DNA from: Camelus dromedarius
Lineage: Eukaryota
Length of the DNA: 64,000 nt
NCBI RefSeq assembly: GCF_036321535.1
Contig: NC_087438.1
Coordinates: 13,952,001 to 14,016,000, forward strand
Direction: 5' to 3'
Under the pieces are notes generated by a model, which was not told the DNA's origin, searched no databases, and worked only from the letters and a program-made list of their open reading frames with translations. A program made the position numbers and the translations under genes. Positions within the stretch are counted from its first letter, which is position 1. Each line of letters opens with the position of its first letter. This document shows positions 23,597-37,455 of this stretch, piece after piece.

Positions 23597-25349
23597 TAGC
23601 AGGGAACTGCATTTATGCATACAGCTAGCTTCTAGTAAGTAGGGCTAAGATGATTACAACGGTAGAAATGCAAACAACATGGTATGTGGATGAACAGGCA
23701 AGACAAATAATATTGTGAGGTTTGGAGAAATTAGCATCGGTCTTAGACCTTGAAGGATACACAACATATTAAAAGTCAAGGATGTGACAGCAATAGTCTT
23801 TTTTTGGGAAATGTATAAAAACTAGATCAGAATTTAGATAATTGAAGCTGTGCTCTCTTGTGTCATCAATATTTCATTTGCTACCTAACTAGAGATTAAA
23901 ATCTATAAGCATACCTATGAGCTTTTTACTTGGGAGGGAATGTATCAAACAAGGAAAAATAATAACTTATAACTTGTAATTAGAAATAACACCATATTAG
24001 AATATCAATTAAAAAGGAAAATGATACATTTAAAAGTAAATTAATCTGTACTATACGTAAAAAAAGAAAAGAGATGACAGTTTTTTCAATAATATTAACT
24101 CTTCAAATAAAACTTTGAAAAATAAAACCCACAATCAAGGCTTGGTATCATTAATACCTTCATATAAAAGCCTTATAAGTTATTCATATACTCTTAGAAA
24201 TAATACTGTTTTTAAGAGATTATTTTAAATACAATTTGAAATTTATAGAAGAGCTATCTATCAATTTGTTTTAATAAATATATTTAGATATTTAATGCTA
24301 ATTGCAACCCACAGTCTCTAAAGAAATGTAAAGGTTTCCATTTCTTGTAAATACTGTGAAGTTTAAAAATATTGATCTAAAAGTTTTAGTTTTGTTGAAT
24401 CATCTTTAAATGTCTTTTCCAACTGAAAAACAAAGTATCATTCATTTCAATGAAACATCTTCTCTATTTTCAAGAGAATTGTGCTTTGAAACAACCTGAA
24501 AATCATTAACTATTCTTACTCGGGGAAGCTCCTGTTCCTGGGAGGAGGCAAGGAATAGCAATTTCCCCGGCAGGAGTTGGTCTTTTCTAATTCTTAACAG
24601 AAAGTTTGCAGTTTGCCCTCAGGGATTGTGTGCCTGCCAGCTGAGATTTTGAACAGGAGGGTCTCCTACAATGTGTAACTCTTATCCCTCATATAAAACA
24701 CCTACCCAGGGATTAATGACGCTGGAGGGAACTGAGGATGCTTTGTATCCAGAATTAGTCAGTCTGATCACTAGAGAATTTCCTTCATCAAAATTGAAGC
24801 TACTATTGCAAATATTTCCAAATTCATACAGAATTATTTTCCTGCATGAAAGTTATTTCTTTGCTATTGCTTTATTCAGTTTTCTTGTACTGAAATGTAG
24901 CATCTATGTTTGCATTTGTTTATACAGATATGATTATTTTTATATGCAGTTTAGGAACTTTAAAGATTATATATTCTTCCAATCGAACAATGACAGCATA
25001 TATATGTCATGTCAAACACATGAAGTTTTGTGTTATACCTCATGGTTTGTCAAGGAGGTAACTTACAGCAACATTGACTCGGGTAAACAGGTTAAAAGCT
25101 GTGTTTCTGGGAAAGTTTCATAATATGATTTAGTTTCCCAAATTCTAAAAGGAGAATAAAATATTTATTTTCCAAGCTTTCAGTAATATTTACTCATATA
25201 AAGTATACAAGCTATCTGGAAACTGTTTGCAATACAGGAACCACCCAGGGTGGTAATAATTAATATTTATGTAATATATACATTATAATACTTAATTATA
25301 AAGTTGCTATTAATAAACAGTACAAAATATAAGTAAATTTGTTGTATCC

Positions 25350-25830
25350 AGTAAAATATTAGCAAACTATATAGAACACTATATATAAAAAGAATCGTCA
25401 TGACCAAATGGAGTTTTAACTGGGAATACAAGGGTAGTACAACATTTAAAAATTAACCAGTGTGAATCATGATTGATAGAATCATCTATATACTGAAAGA
25501 CTAAACAAAGAAAATCAATACAGTCCTCTCCATAGATGGAGAAATAGCATCTGATCAAATTCAATGTCAGTTAATAATCAAAAAATGAGCAAAATGGAAA
25601 TAGAATGAAATTATGAGGTCATAAACCTATAGCTAAAGACTAAAACTATAAAACTTTAATAGAATTCAAGGAAGAAAGTGTTTTTTAACTTTGGCTAGGA
25701 AAAATGTCTTAGATGTAATACCAGAATTATAATTCATATGAGAAAAAATAGTAAAATGCACATCAAAATTTAAAATGTTCACCCTTTGAAAACAGTTTTG
25801 TCCATAGCTTGTAATGGGATATTAAATAGA
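25350..25830 (+). mobile_element. Ancient LINE-1 ORF2 fragments (L1M/L1ME-like)
   Basis: CATGACCAAATGGAGTTTTAACTGGGAATACAAGGGTAGTACAACATT..., CATAGATGGAGAAATAGCATCTGATCAAATTCAA, CTAAAACTATAAAACTTT. Confidence 0.75.
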
Positions 25831-26200
25831 AAATGACAGATTTTTTTTTAAAGAGGAAAAAATATATGATATTTTATGATTCTGTTACTTTACCACTTAT
25901 TAATTAAAGTTTAAAAATATTTTCTTAATTATTTTAAATGCTATAATGAAAAAAATTTAAACTACTTATTTAACTATATTGAGCAGTCATAATATTTTAA
26001 ATGTAGGAATTTAGGAATTCATACATTTGAGATATATATAGCCCCTGAGTATTTTCTCTAAGTGGGAATACATGAATTTAATTCCTCTTTGGATAATTTT
26101 TCTTGAAATAAATTAAACATGCATATATTAAACATATTTGGATTAGAGGAGGAAGGAATGTATTAAAGTCTGAAAAGGGAGTTGTCTTGAAATTTCGGAC

Positions 26201-26812
26201 GTGGGAAAATAACTGGTTTTCTAAGATGGTCAACATGGCCTTTGCTCCTGAGTGTTATTCTTGTGATTGCATTATTTTACACTGTAAAGAGCTTTGCAGG
26301 TGAAACTAAGGTTACGAAGCATTTGACCTTCTGATAAGAAGATTATCCGGGTGGGCCTAACTTAATCGCCCCATCCCTTTAAAAGCAGAGAGAGTTTTCT
26401 CTTACTGATAGCTGGAGCCAAACAGAGTTTTGAAGTCGAGAAAGCCTTGACAAAAGAGAGGTATTGTGTTGCTGGATTTGATGAGTGAGGGGGCATTTTC
26501 AAATGGAAGGACCTGAGAGCAACCTCTTAGAGATGAGAATGACCCTCCCCTGACAGCAGCAAGAAAACAGGGACCTTAGTCCTGCAACTGCCTGGAACCA
26601 GGTTCTGCCAACAACGTGAAAGAGCTCCCCTGCAGAGGCCCTGAGCCCCGGATGAAAATAAAGACCAAGTCAACTGACACCTGGATTTCATCCAACAACC
26701 CAGGGTAGCCCACCTGGAATCCTGAGCTGCAGATTTGTGAGATAACACACTGTTACTGTTTCAGGCCTCTTCGGGTGTGGCAATTTGTTAAACAGTCAAA
26801 AAAAACTAATAC
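26201..26812 (+). mobile_element. MaLR solo LTR, MLT1E/F-like
   Basis: TTCTAAGATGG; CTTTGCAGGTGAAACTAAGGTTAC; GATTATCCGGGTGGGCCTAACTTAATC; GAAAACAGGGACCTTAGTCCTGCAACTGC..TTCTGCCAACAAC; end GTGGCAATTTGTTA..AAAACTAATAC. Confidence 0.88.
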
Positions 26813-29800
26813 TAATAGAATAATGGTGAAAAGGAAGAGGGGGATTGAGGATGCAAACCTCACTTCCTGTGGGAGGACAAAAAAATTTAAACAAAAAGCA
26901 CAAACAAAACAGTAGGAATTGTGCCAAGCATATTGACTATATAATTATCCTTTAGGCCTTGAAAGAAAAGTTCTATTATACTTGCATATCTATTTAATTT
27001 TAACACTATTTTCTAATCTTCTAAATTTCCTTTTACTTTTTAGTTTTCAATTATATCCACCAAACACATTATATACCAGTTACTTTAAGATCGTAAAAGA
27101 ACTGAGGTTCTTGAACAAATTCTAATTATTAAGGTACTTTTGTAAAAAAGACAAAGTATGAATGATAGCTTATAGCACCCCTTAGTCTACTTGGAAATCA
27201 AAAAAGAAATAAGATCTGTTACATGTATAAAACGTAGTTGGTAGACTGAAGGATAATTCTTTTAAAACGAAATAATATGTAAGGTTCTTCTATTTTTTAG
27301 TTATTTTCCTTTCAACAAAACTAGTGAGAAAATAAACTTTAAAAAGTTAATTAGTAAATGCAAATGCAAATGTTGGTAGTTACATTTTTAGAAAGACATG
27401 TAAAGTAAGATAAAAATACACAGAATGGCCCATAGGATGGGGTTGGGAAGAAAAGGATGTTATCAAAAGTAATGCCATATTTTGGAGATGAGAAGGATTC
27501 TACAAGGAGAAAGAAGACCTTTCTAAGAGCTTGACGCACATGCACTCAAGCTCAGATGGGCAGTGAGTAATGAATTGACCCTCTGCTATCCTTCCTTGTG
27601 TTTAGGGGTCACTAATGCTTGACACTGTCCACCCCACCAACCTTTTAGAAGCTGGGTCTAGATTGCAGGTTTGTAGCAAGCCAAGCCCAAAGGGCATGAT
27701 ACAAGTCAGCTTTTTCATTTATATTTCACCTTGGGAGAACAAAATAATTCATATTAAACATGTCTCAGTTCAAATTCAAATTCATGTGCATTGAGATTCC
27801 TATGCCTAGTGGATAACTGAAAATATATGAGAGGTAATAAAAAGTAGTCACCACTTTGGCTTACTTTTTTCACTGATTTATTTTACATCTTTTATTTTTT
27901 TGTGTATACCATCTTACAGATGTTTCTCATACAAGGGAGCATGTTCTTGTAAAAATTGGTCATACTTCACATGAAAATATATCTAAGCATTTACCCAGAA
28001 TATTCAAGATGCCATTGAGACTTTACAATTCATCTTGATATGCTGGCATTTATTTCAAGCTAGCATATGCTACCCATTTGAACAGTGGTGTGATGAAATG
28101 CCACACAGATATTCTGAGGAAAAAAAGAACAACAAATGGGTCATCTAGTCTCCCAGTGTGCTGTTTCTTACTGTGCGTAATGGAGGTAAATATCACCATA
28201 CAAGAGTTCTTGCTGTGACTTTATGCTTCAATGTCATAGATATGTAGTTTATCACCTGAAAACTACATAATTGCACAGCTTGTATTATCTCCATGCTTTA
28301 GTTTGAGAAGCTTGGGGTCCCCCATCCTGTTTAATAAAATACTTAAAATGCCTTTTCTAATAACTATCTGTTCCACCTTTCCTGTACAATTCATAACAGT
28401 GTGATGAGCTGTAAATGACGTACTATTGTATCTGTCTTATTTTTCCCTATTTGTGCATTTATAAAGAGCTTTTGTTTTACTCATGACATGTATAGTGTGG
28501 GAAATTAAAGCAAAATGTGCAGGAAAAAAGGTATAGCTGTATTTAAAATTATAGCATACTGCATCCATGCCTTCATTTCCATAAAAAATAAAACACTATG
28601 TATGTGAGAATAATAAGTAGGTAGATTTATCTAGATGGTATAATTTTAGAAACAATGCAAAATGAACAAAGAGGTCTTGAGGAAATTGGTACAAACATTA
28701 GGAGCATGAATGTATCTACTTTAATTCCCTATGTTGTTGTAACATTGATGAGAAAAGGTCACCTAAAACTCTGGAAATTACCCTAAAGCTGGAAATTACA
28801 CTAAAGTACTCATCTAACAGCTTTGTGGGGTTTTTTCTTGCAGATATTTACATATTACAATAATGCAACTGTGCATTAAATCTAACAAAATTAATGCTTT
28901 CAAAAACATTTCCTTTTATATCGCTAATGGCCATTTGGGCATTTTTGGGTCCTTTGAAATAATGACAGAATTTAATCAGAGGAAATTGTCTTAGGAAATA
29001 AAATGGTTCTATCTTCCTGCAAAATTATAATGTACAATTTTATTTTTGCAATATTTCACAATATACAAAACATGTATTGGTTATATCTGATATTTACAAA
29101 TAAATATGAACTTGATCATTCTCTGTACCTTTAAGTTTTATAAGAATGATAAAGTCCTTTTAAGTATATAGACATTGATTGAAAGAGTTAATTTGATTTT
29201 GAGTCCTACACCTAAATCCTAAATTCTTAGCCTGCTAGAGTGACCTTGGGAGCAAGTTTAATCTAAGACTCTTTGAAGCCAAAATTTTTCCAGTGGATTT
29301 GGGAGATTGACTGATAATCTCTAAACGAAAGAAAATGACATAATTTTTTAATGAGTAATGTTTGATGAGTAAGAAAATGGAAGCTACCACCTCCCTCTGG
29401 ACTGCTTCACCATGTTACATACTAAAGGCATTGATAAGTCTTGTACTGTGTAAACCTATTTAACATTATTTAACTCTAATTCTCAATTTATCTGACCAGT
29501 GAACATTTTTCATTTTATTCATTTTCAATAAGTGTATTAATATTTCATGTGAAATGTTTTGAGGATTGAAATTCTATGTCACAGGATGAAATTCTTTCTC
29601 AGGAAGTTTTTCTTTAGCCTTGAATAAGAGGAACTTTAAAAATTGGAAAAAAGTTGTTAAATACATCAGTATCTTAACTTTTGCATATAGTTCATGGATA
29701 TGGTGAGGAAAAAAACATTTAGAATTTATAAGTACTTATAATTAATATATTAACAAGTTTATTTCCTAAAATTGATTCTACAAAATGAATGCCAAACATG

Positions 29801-30587
29801 ACAGGTGTCTAGACAACACAGTGGAATAAATTATTGAAGTAACAGTGTGCAAGAATTTTGAAGAAATGAATTTCTCTGAAGTAACTTGCATTAAGCAATA
29901 AGTCGTGACATATTAATCTACCTACAGTATATTGTGGAACCTTCACAAAAGGTAGTGACTTTGATTATAATACTGTATTTGCCATGATCATTCTACTAGC
30001 CCTTTAAATAAAGAAAGAAATTTGTTCCAGAGGAAATAATATTTAGGGACACTCAAAATATCCTTAATTTCTCTCTCAAGATCCAATTTTCTATGGGAAA
30101 ATTAGTGTGAAACTCAAGATAAATGTGTAACAGCATTTAGAATGGCTTTAGAGGCTTCATCAGTCCTGTAAAGTTATTGCTGTATTTGTGATTAATATGT
30201 TGACATAGGCGAAAGCTGGTCGAATGTGTATACTATGCAAAACTGAGAGAAACTGAGGTTCATTAAATATCCAACATAGGTAGAAAAACTGACTATATCT
30301 GAAAGGATGAAAAATAATGTGAAACTTCGAACCTAATTATAAAAGAAATCAACTGCATGTTTTAAAAATAACCCCAAGTTACGTATAAAGATACTTTGAA
30401 TGTTTATTAAAATATATGTTGACAGTGAGTCTCTTCTATGATGTCCATCAAAAATAGTGATGCCAATTGTAAAGCTTATGGACCCTTCCCAGTACAATGT
30501 TTTTAATATAATAAAATCACATTAAACTATATTTAAGTACAATTGCTAAAAAAAAATAGTGATACCATCATAGATTGCATTGAAATA

Positions 30588-30750
30588 AGCTAGCATTTAT
30601 TGAACATACCCTATGTATGAGACACAATGCTAAACTCTTCACTGCATTAAACCAGTCAATTCTCAAAAGAAACCTGAGGCTGGTACCATTACATCCATTT
30701 TTAGAGCTCTGGAAACTAAGACATGAAGAATTTCTGAAATTGTCCTTGAG
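30588..30750 (-). mobile_element. MIR SINE (abutted by an L2 3' tail at about 30750-30843)
   Basis: AGCTAGCATTTATTGAACATACCCTATGT..CATCCATTTTTAGAGCTCTGGAAACTAAGAC; then AATATGTTTGAAAGAATGAATG. Confidence 0.75.
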
Positions 30751-32992
30751 GGCAAGGATCATATTTTTTTTCTGTATATCAACATGTAAAAGAATGAATG
30801 ACATAGAGTTGGGTATTCATAAATATGTTTGAAAGAATGAATGGCTTGACATGAGCATGAAGACTTCCACAGGGTAGACAACAATCATGATAATAATTGG
30901 GAGAATGTTTCTGTAAGAGAATTCTCAACATATTTATAAAGATGAATGTTAAAAAAGAAAAAGAAAACCTTAGAACCATACTATCATGTATCAGGAATAT
31001 TGTAGAAAGAATCTACATGAAATTCTATTATTATCATCAGTTTTTACTATGAATGTGTTATGCAGCATGAAATAATACATCATAAAATTATATAAACTAT
31101 CTCAAAATAAGTGAAAGCAATTTTAGACTCCTATAATTGTTAGATACATTTTTGTTTTCTGGAGTAAAAACTTTCTACATAAGTAATACAGTGGGGAATG
31201 AGTTGTCAATTAACCAAAATATATTTATATTTTATTGCCTAAAAAGACTTAAGTTTAAAACTATTGATTAATATTCATATAGTTGCTATGTGCTCAATGT
31301 TATTCTTTGTAGGATGGAAGACTAAAAGACACCTGATAATTTAATAACTGCTTCTTATCAGCAACTTTCAATTATGCTAGTTAGGCAATAGCAGAATACA
31401 TGAATAGAATTCTGTGCTATTGATTAAATCACTATAGGTTTTCATTAAAATAATGCAAATTGTTTTGATCTTCATATGTTTGAAGCTCAAGAAATATGTA
31501 AGTTATGAATGGAAAGGGAGAATGGATCAGGACATTAATGTGAAAATGGGTACTCTTCCGAAAATAGAAATCATTTGCACGTGGAAATGCAGTATTGGTT
31601 TAGGAAACAGTGAGGGAGTTAACCTAAGAAAGAAATTTGATTATATAATTCAGAGAATTATTATTACGGTGCTGAGCACTTGAGAAATGTCTGGATAATA
31701 TAGAACTTCAGATTTTAAATAACTAGTGATAGAGTATTATTACAGAATATGTGATACAAAGAGCAGTGATTTAGTAGGAAAAATATTGTACTGTTCTACA
31801 CAATGGATTGAGAGAAAGGAATCTAAATTCAAGTTGAACTTAATTAGTAAGAAAAGCTAAGGAAAATGTAATAATGTCCTTTAACAGAATTAAAACAAAG
31901 ATTATCCATCAGAGATTTTACATGAAAAGAGATGTTAAGTTTTGATGACCCATCCTAAATGATGAATGGAAGGAATAATCAAATATATATTCCAATGTCG
32001 GTTCTGGGAAAATAGATGATAGACTATGACACCAGCCAATGAAAAACATGTGACTAAAAAGTTATTTCAGGAAGTAATGGCTGTTGTTTTTAACATGTTG
32101 AGTTTGTGGTACCAGTGAAAAATTTTAAAAAGTTGTTTTGTAAGCAGATAGAAATAGCTATAGGTTAATTTCCCAAAAATCACTTGATTTCAATCAGTCT
32201 CCCAAAAGCAAAATGTTTTTTGGCAAATTGTTCTGCATCTAAAGACACCTAGAATATTTCAACGTCACAAAACCTGTAATAGGAGTGGAGGAAGACAAAC
32301 AAGAAGTAAGGGCACACAACTGGGAAAGATCGAGGACATTAACAGTTTATGATGGCCATTATATTTAATGAAAGAATTATTTGTGCCCTTGACTAAGTTT
32401 GTGTTGGGAGATAGGGGAAGATATGCGAAATGAAGAAAAAATATATCAAATAAAAATTAATTCAGTCTCAAGTAAATCTTTAAGTTTAAAGTTATAATAT
32501 GAATTGGCACTCAAGTATATTTTTTAATGTTTAAGCCGTCAATTTTAATAAAGTTTTGAATTAAATCCCAATTCCTTAATCTGTTGCATTTGGATAAAAT
32601 ATGTTTTTATTTTTAAGTTAGCAATTAGTTTTTCTGAGAAGATAATTTTCTCCCCCAAAACTAAATTGACAATGATGGAAATAAAGAAATACTATGATAC
32701 ACAGGTCAAGTGACAAGTGTAGAATTAACAAGAATGTGTATTTATGATGAGTCAAGCATTTCATATTTTGTCTGTAGAGAATAGATCAAACCATTGCTTT
32801 CTATATAAAATAACAATTTGATGAATTAAACATTTACTATTTTATCATCAATATTATATATTTAATATTCAATCAGTTAATTATTATAGCAGATTATGTA
32901 TTGTTCTTATCCTAAAACCATAAGAGCATCTTTCAGGATTTCAAAGTCTAATATTTTTCGTGAGACTTATAACCATAATATGTACTGATTAG

Positions 32993-32997
<5 letters not shown>

Positions 32998-33035
<38 letters not shown>
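32998..33035. repeat. (TA)n(CA)n microsatellite
   Basis: Read directly. Confidence 0.95.
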
Positions 33036-33039
<4 letters not shown>

Positions 33040-34709
33040 TGCATAAATAGTTTGCTAATCCTGAGTGACACAAAAATAGGAGTAATATTCAAAGTAATTA
33101 AACAGACTATTTAAATATTATTATTTATTACAGATAATGTATATAGTATATTTACCAATTTAAACAATAGATAAATGTATACATGTACTTATATTATTTT
33201 ATCAAAGGGTCCAAATGTATTTTTACTCAAATACCTTGTTTTACAAAGTTTTATACATTTGAATGTCCTCACATTGATGAATTATTTTAATCTTTAACCT
33301 AAAAATCCAATTGATAATTGTCCTCACTTCAATGTGGTTGATACACCAAAAAATGCCATTTACAATAAGAATTTACTTACAATGCTAGAACACCAGTTTA
33401 GTTGTATTTTTTACTCCCTAATTAGCCATGTGACATTCACAATAGTGAAAAGTGTTTCAAAATATTTTTGGGTATTTAGTTTTACCAGTAATAATAAAGG
33501 TAATCAAACATGAAATACTCTTTCATTTCCTCCAAAATTGTAGTTGATCTATTGATTACTTTGATATAATGACAGGGACATTGTCAATGCAAAAATATAA
33601 ATTTGAATACCTAAAATTGGACAAATTATCTGAAATGACTGCCTGGGTAGTTACAAATTAAAAACCTTTATATGCAATGACATTTTATTGTTCCTGTGCA
33701 TTTTGAATGAGACAACACTAGGATACTCTCTGTGAGTCTGTGAGTATGTGCTCTTTGCATGCATCTAAGAAAGCATTTGAATGTATATTGTTACAACATT
33801 TTCACTCACACTTTTAAACTGACATAAAGACCTCATTAATATTCTATTAGTTTCTATGATTCTCATTAGCTTTGAAAAAACAAATAAGATGATAACGACC
33901 TTCCACTTATTTTAAATGTTTCTCTATTCTTCTAGGGCACGAGACCATAAAAGACCTGTTATAGTAATTTAAAATGTAAATGCTAGCCATTTAATTAATA
34001 AGAGATAAGTGTCTATCAAGAGTGACTGCAGAGAATTACTGTTGCTATCATATAAAATAATAAAAGACTTATCAGCTTAGCTCAGTTTTGAATGAAATAA
34101 ATGAAAGTCAAAGAGCGTAGTATGATTTAGAAGATGTATGAATGAAAGATTTTTTAAAATAATTGAACATAGTCATGTAATGATGATGTTTCTTAATTGT
34201 CAAAAATAAGAAACGAAGGTCACTACAAGGTCGACTATCATTATGTTCCCTGAGTGGATGACATCTCAGCCCTGAAACAGTCATACCAGGACAAACATCT
34301 GTTTCCTTGTGTTAATACTGCATCTATATAAATTTCAGTAATCTCAAATGGTTTAAAACTGGTCTGTTTTGCTGTACTAAACCACAGTTGTTTGTGAGGC
34401 TATATTTAAACTAGGAATAAAATAATATACCCCAAATTGAGACACTAAATGATTCGATTCCTAGTTTTTCACAACGCCTTGAGTGTAACATACTGTGTAT
34501 ATATAGACAATCATAGAGTAAAATAAATTTTTAGAACAGAATATTAGATCAGGCTTGGTTTGTGCAGTCTTAATAATGGTCACTCTGCCTGAGAAAATGA
34601 GAGGATAATATGTATTACTGGAAAATTCAACATATCTCAATAATGTATGTGTATATGTATGTATGCATATATATATCTCCATATATAGGTATGTAAGTAT
34701 ATCTATATA

Positions 34710-34711
<2 letters not shown>

Positions 34712-34747
<36 letters not shown>

Positions 34748-34748
34748 C
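34712..34748. repeat. (TCTG)n(TCTA)n compound tetranucleotide microsatellite
   Basis: Read directly. Confidence 0.9.
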
Positions 34749-34839
34749 CTGTGGAGGGAAAGAGAGAAATAGATCAGAGTAATGAGGTTACAGAATAACA
34801 AAAAGGTCAAGGGAAAAACCAGAAACGATTTCACCTGTG

Positions 34840-36280
34840 TATTCAGTATTCAGCAAATATTTACTGAGCACCTACTCTACGCCAGGCACAAGTATGGCAA
34901 ACAGAATAGTTAACACCAACAACCTAAAACAAAGCAAAACAAAACAATTTCTATCTTCTGGATCTTAGGTGTCTTGGTATACGTGAAGATCTTGGTGAGG
35001 CTTGAGAATTCGCTTAGCTAACAGGTTCTCAGGCAACATTGACTCTTCTGGTCCAGTATTTTGTGACGTACTGAAAGGGGAAGCTGAGCACAAGAAGAAG
35101 CTACATTTGGAAGGAGATCTGAAAAATGAGTGGGAGTAGGGGAAATAGGGAAGTGGGGAAGGGGGTAGATTCCCCTACTGGTCTGGAGAATAATAGTCAC
35201 AGAGAGAATTCTACACAAAAGATTAGCAGGGAAGGACCAAGAGAAGCTTATATTAGTAAACTCTATAAAGATGATGCCTTTTATTAACAATTGCTAAAGT
35301 TTTTTTTTTCAGATAAAATATGGAAATGATTTAATGGATTAAGGTAAAGAAATGGTGCAAATTAGTTATGCTTTCAATATAGGACTTTTAAGTAATAGCA
35401 AATTCTGCCAGTGAGAAGAAAGTACATGAAATAACCAGTCTATCTGCATAGATTTTAAGGAATATAAACATTTATTACTAGAGAGGGCAAAGAAGGAAAG
35501 CAGAAAGTGTGTGTTATGCACTGAAGGATATTAGATGTGTGGCTAAAGACTGAATCAAATATCTGGACATAAAGGGGCTTCTGTGACACTTTTACTTCTA
35601 AAAATTGGGAAATACTGAAGAATTTTAAGTACGTTAATAACATGGTAAGATATACCTTAAACAGATCATTCTCACTTTGCATGGATATGAAGAAGTCTTT
35701 AATGGGGCTGGAAATAACAATTTTACAAAAAGTTTCAAGATATTCATCTACCTTTCAAAACCCATTCCAGAATTTCTGTTCCACAGGGATGAGAGAATCC
35801 AGGGAACCCAACATAGGAGACAGCAGACCAGTTGGGTGACTTTGCTATACTTTTGAGGAAAATGACAAATGATAATGTTTTATTAATGGGAATGAAGAAG
35901 AGCTGAGAGAATCAAAATGTACTACGGAGAATTCATCAAACTTCCACGAAGATAGATTAACTCTAAGGAGGTGAAATAAAAGGACAGTTCTAGAAAGATG
36001 TCTAGGTTACTATCTGGCTCAGCCAAATGAGTAAGTGATGAGAAAAGAAAAGAAGTGGACACTCTGAGTGCATATATCATAGCTTATAGCACTGGTGTGT
36101 ATCCAAGCAGAAACACCCAGTAAGCACTTAGATACACACACACCAGTTTGAAATTCATTAGAGATTTATGGGCAAGAGTTAAGGTTTTGCTCAAAAAAAA
36201 AAGTAGAGTAGATTATGTTATTCAAGTAATTTATCAATTTAAGAAGCCGGTGAAGTTCAGGGACTGAGCAGTCAGTCAAA
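34840..36280 (-). mobile_element. Fragmented L2 remnant (with a possible MER5-like fragment at about 34985-35075)
   Basis: ATTCAGCAAATATTTACTGAGCACCTACTCTACGCCAGGCAC tail; TTAAACAGATCATTCTCACTTTGCATGGA and similar L2 reverse blocks. Confidence 0.55.
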
Positions 36281-37259
36281 GAGAAAACTCACGAGCATTA
36301 ATGTGCTCTCAGGTTGCGAGTTTCTGTGCTTATTTCATCAAATCTAAGATTCGGTGAATAGAATAAGCTCTTTCAGTTACAGTTACAACAGAAAATAATT
36401 AAGAAAATTTACCACTAGAAGTTGTAATGGGTAAAAGCATTGCTTTCAAAATATTTCAAGTGAATACACCATTGACAATACCCTTGTTTATTTACTTAAC
36501 AGATCCTTTTTAACTTCCTAATGTTTCATTCGAGTTAGAATTAGGAGAGTCTAAAGTTGACACTAAGTTAGCCGTGCTTTCGCATTTCTCTCTCCTGGTG
36601 TCCCATTCAGACTTATAAATGTGGGAGAAGTTTGCCTGATGAAAATTGCTGAGTCTTATGTTCTTAGTACTAGGTTACATAATTTTGAGACAGAAACTTG
36701 TCAAATAAGATTTCATTAAAGAAATCAATTGAACTTTAATTAATTCAATTTCTAGGTTTGTCTTGATTTATGATAGAAAATTGTATGATGAATAAACTAG
36801 ATTATGAAAACAGACAACAAACATAAACCATGGAAGACTAAGGGTGGAAGAATCGTGTATGCAAAGGAAAAACCTAATTCTGAAGCCTAAGTGCGTGTAA
36901 ATGGAACAAGATAAGCATCTGTTTGGCTTAATGCAGAAGGCAGGCGAAGATCATGACTTGAGTAGACCCTAATACACAATGTATGATGAGTTCTTTGTAT
37001 CACAAGATAGTCGTTACCAGTGACGGAGAAAGGAGTGCTGGCATGTAGGAACAAATCTTGGATCTTTTGCAATAAACATGTGCAGATAATTAACTATGCA
37101 TAGTGTACACCTAGCTTTCCTCCTCCCCAAATCTAAACGATATGTTGTTTGGGGAAAGACTGAGAAGCATAAGCTAATTAAGACCTCAGTGGCTGGAGCC
37201 ATTCTACAGCTGCCCTGAGATACCTGAACAACCCTTAAGCTGATAGAGCAGCCAACATC

Positions 37260-37455
37260 ACCTAGTGGTAAAGGGCCGACCTGCAGAGTCTGAACCGCAT
37301 GTCCACTACGCATGACCCCTGTGACCTTGGGAGAATGTTTTCACTTTGCTGTGTTCCAGTTTGCCCATCTATAAAATCCAGATAACATTATTGTCACATT
37401 TATAGAGCTGCGGTGGGAATTAACGTAAAGCACTTGGAAGAGTGATTAGTAAATA
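37260..37455 (+). mobile_element. MIR SINE
   Basis: CTGTGACCTTGGGAGAATGTTTTCACTTTGCTGTGTTCCAGTTTGCCCATCTATAAAAT core. Confidence 0.75.

Noticed and set aside
24671..25123. 150-aa ORF
   Set aside because: F/Y/I-rich composition typical of AT-rich non-coding DNA; no splice or homology support
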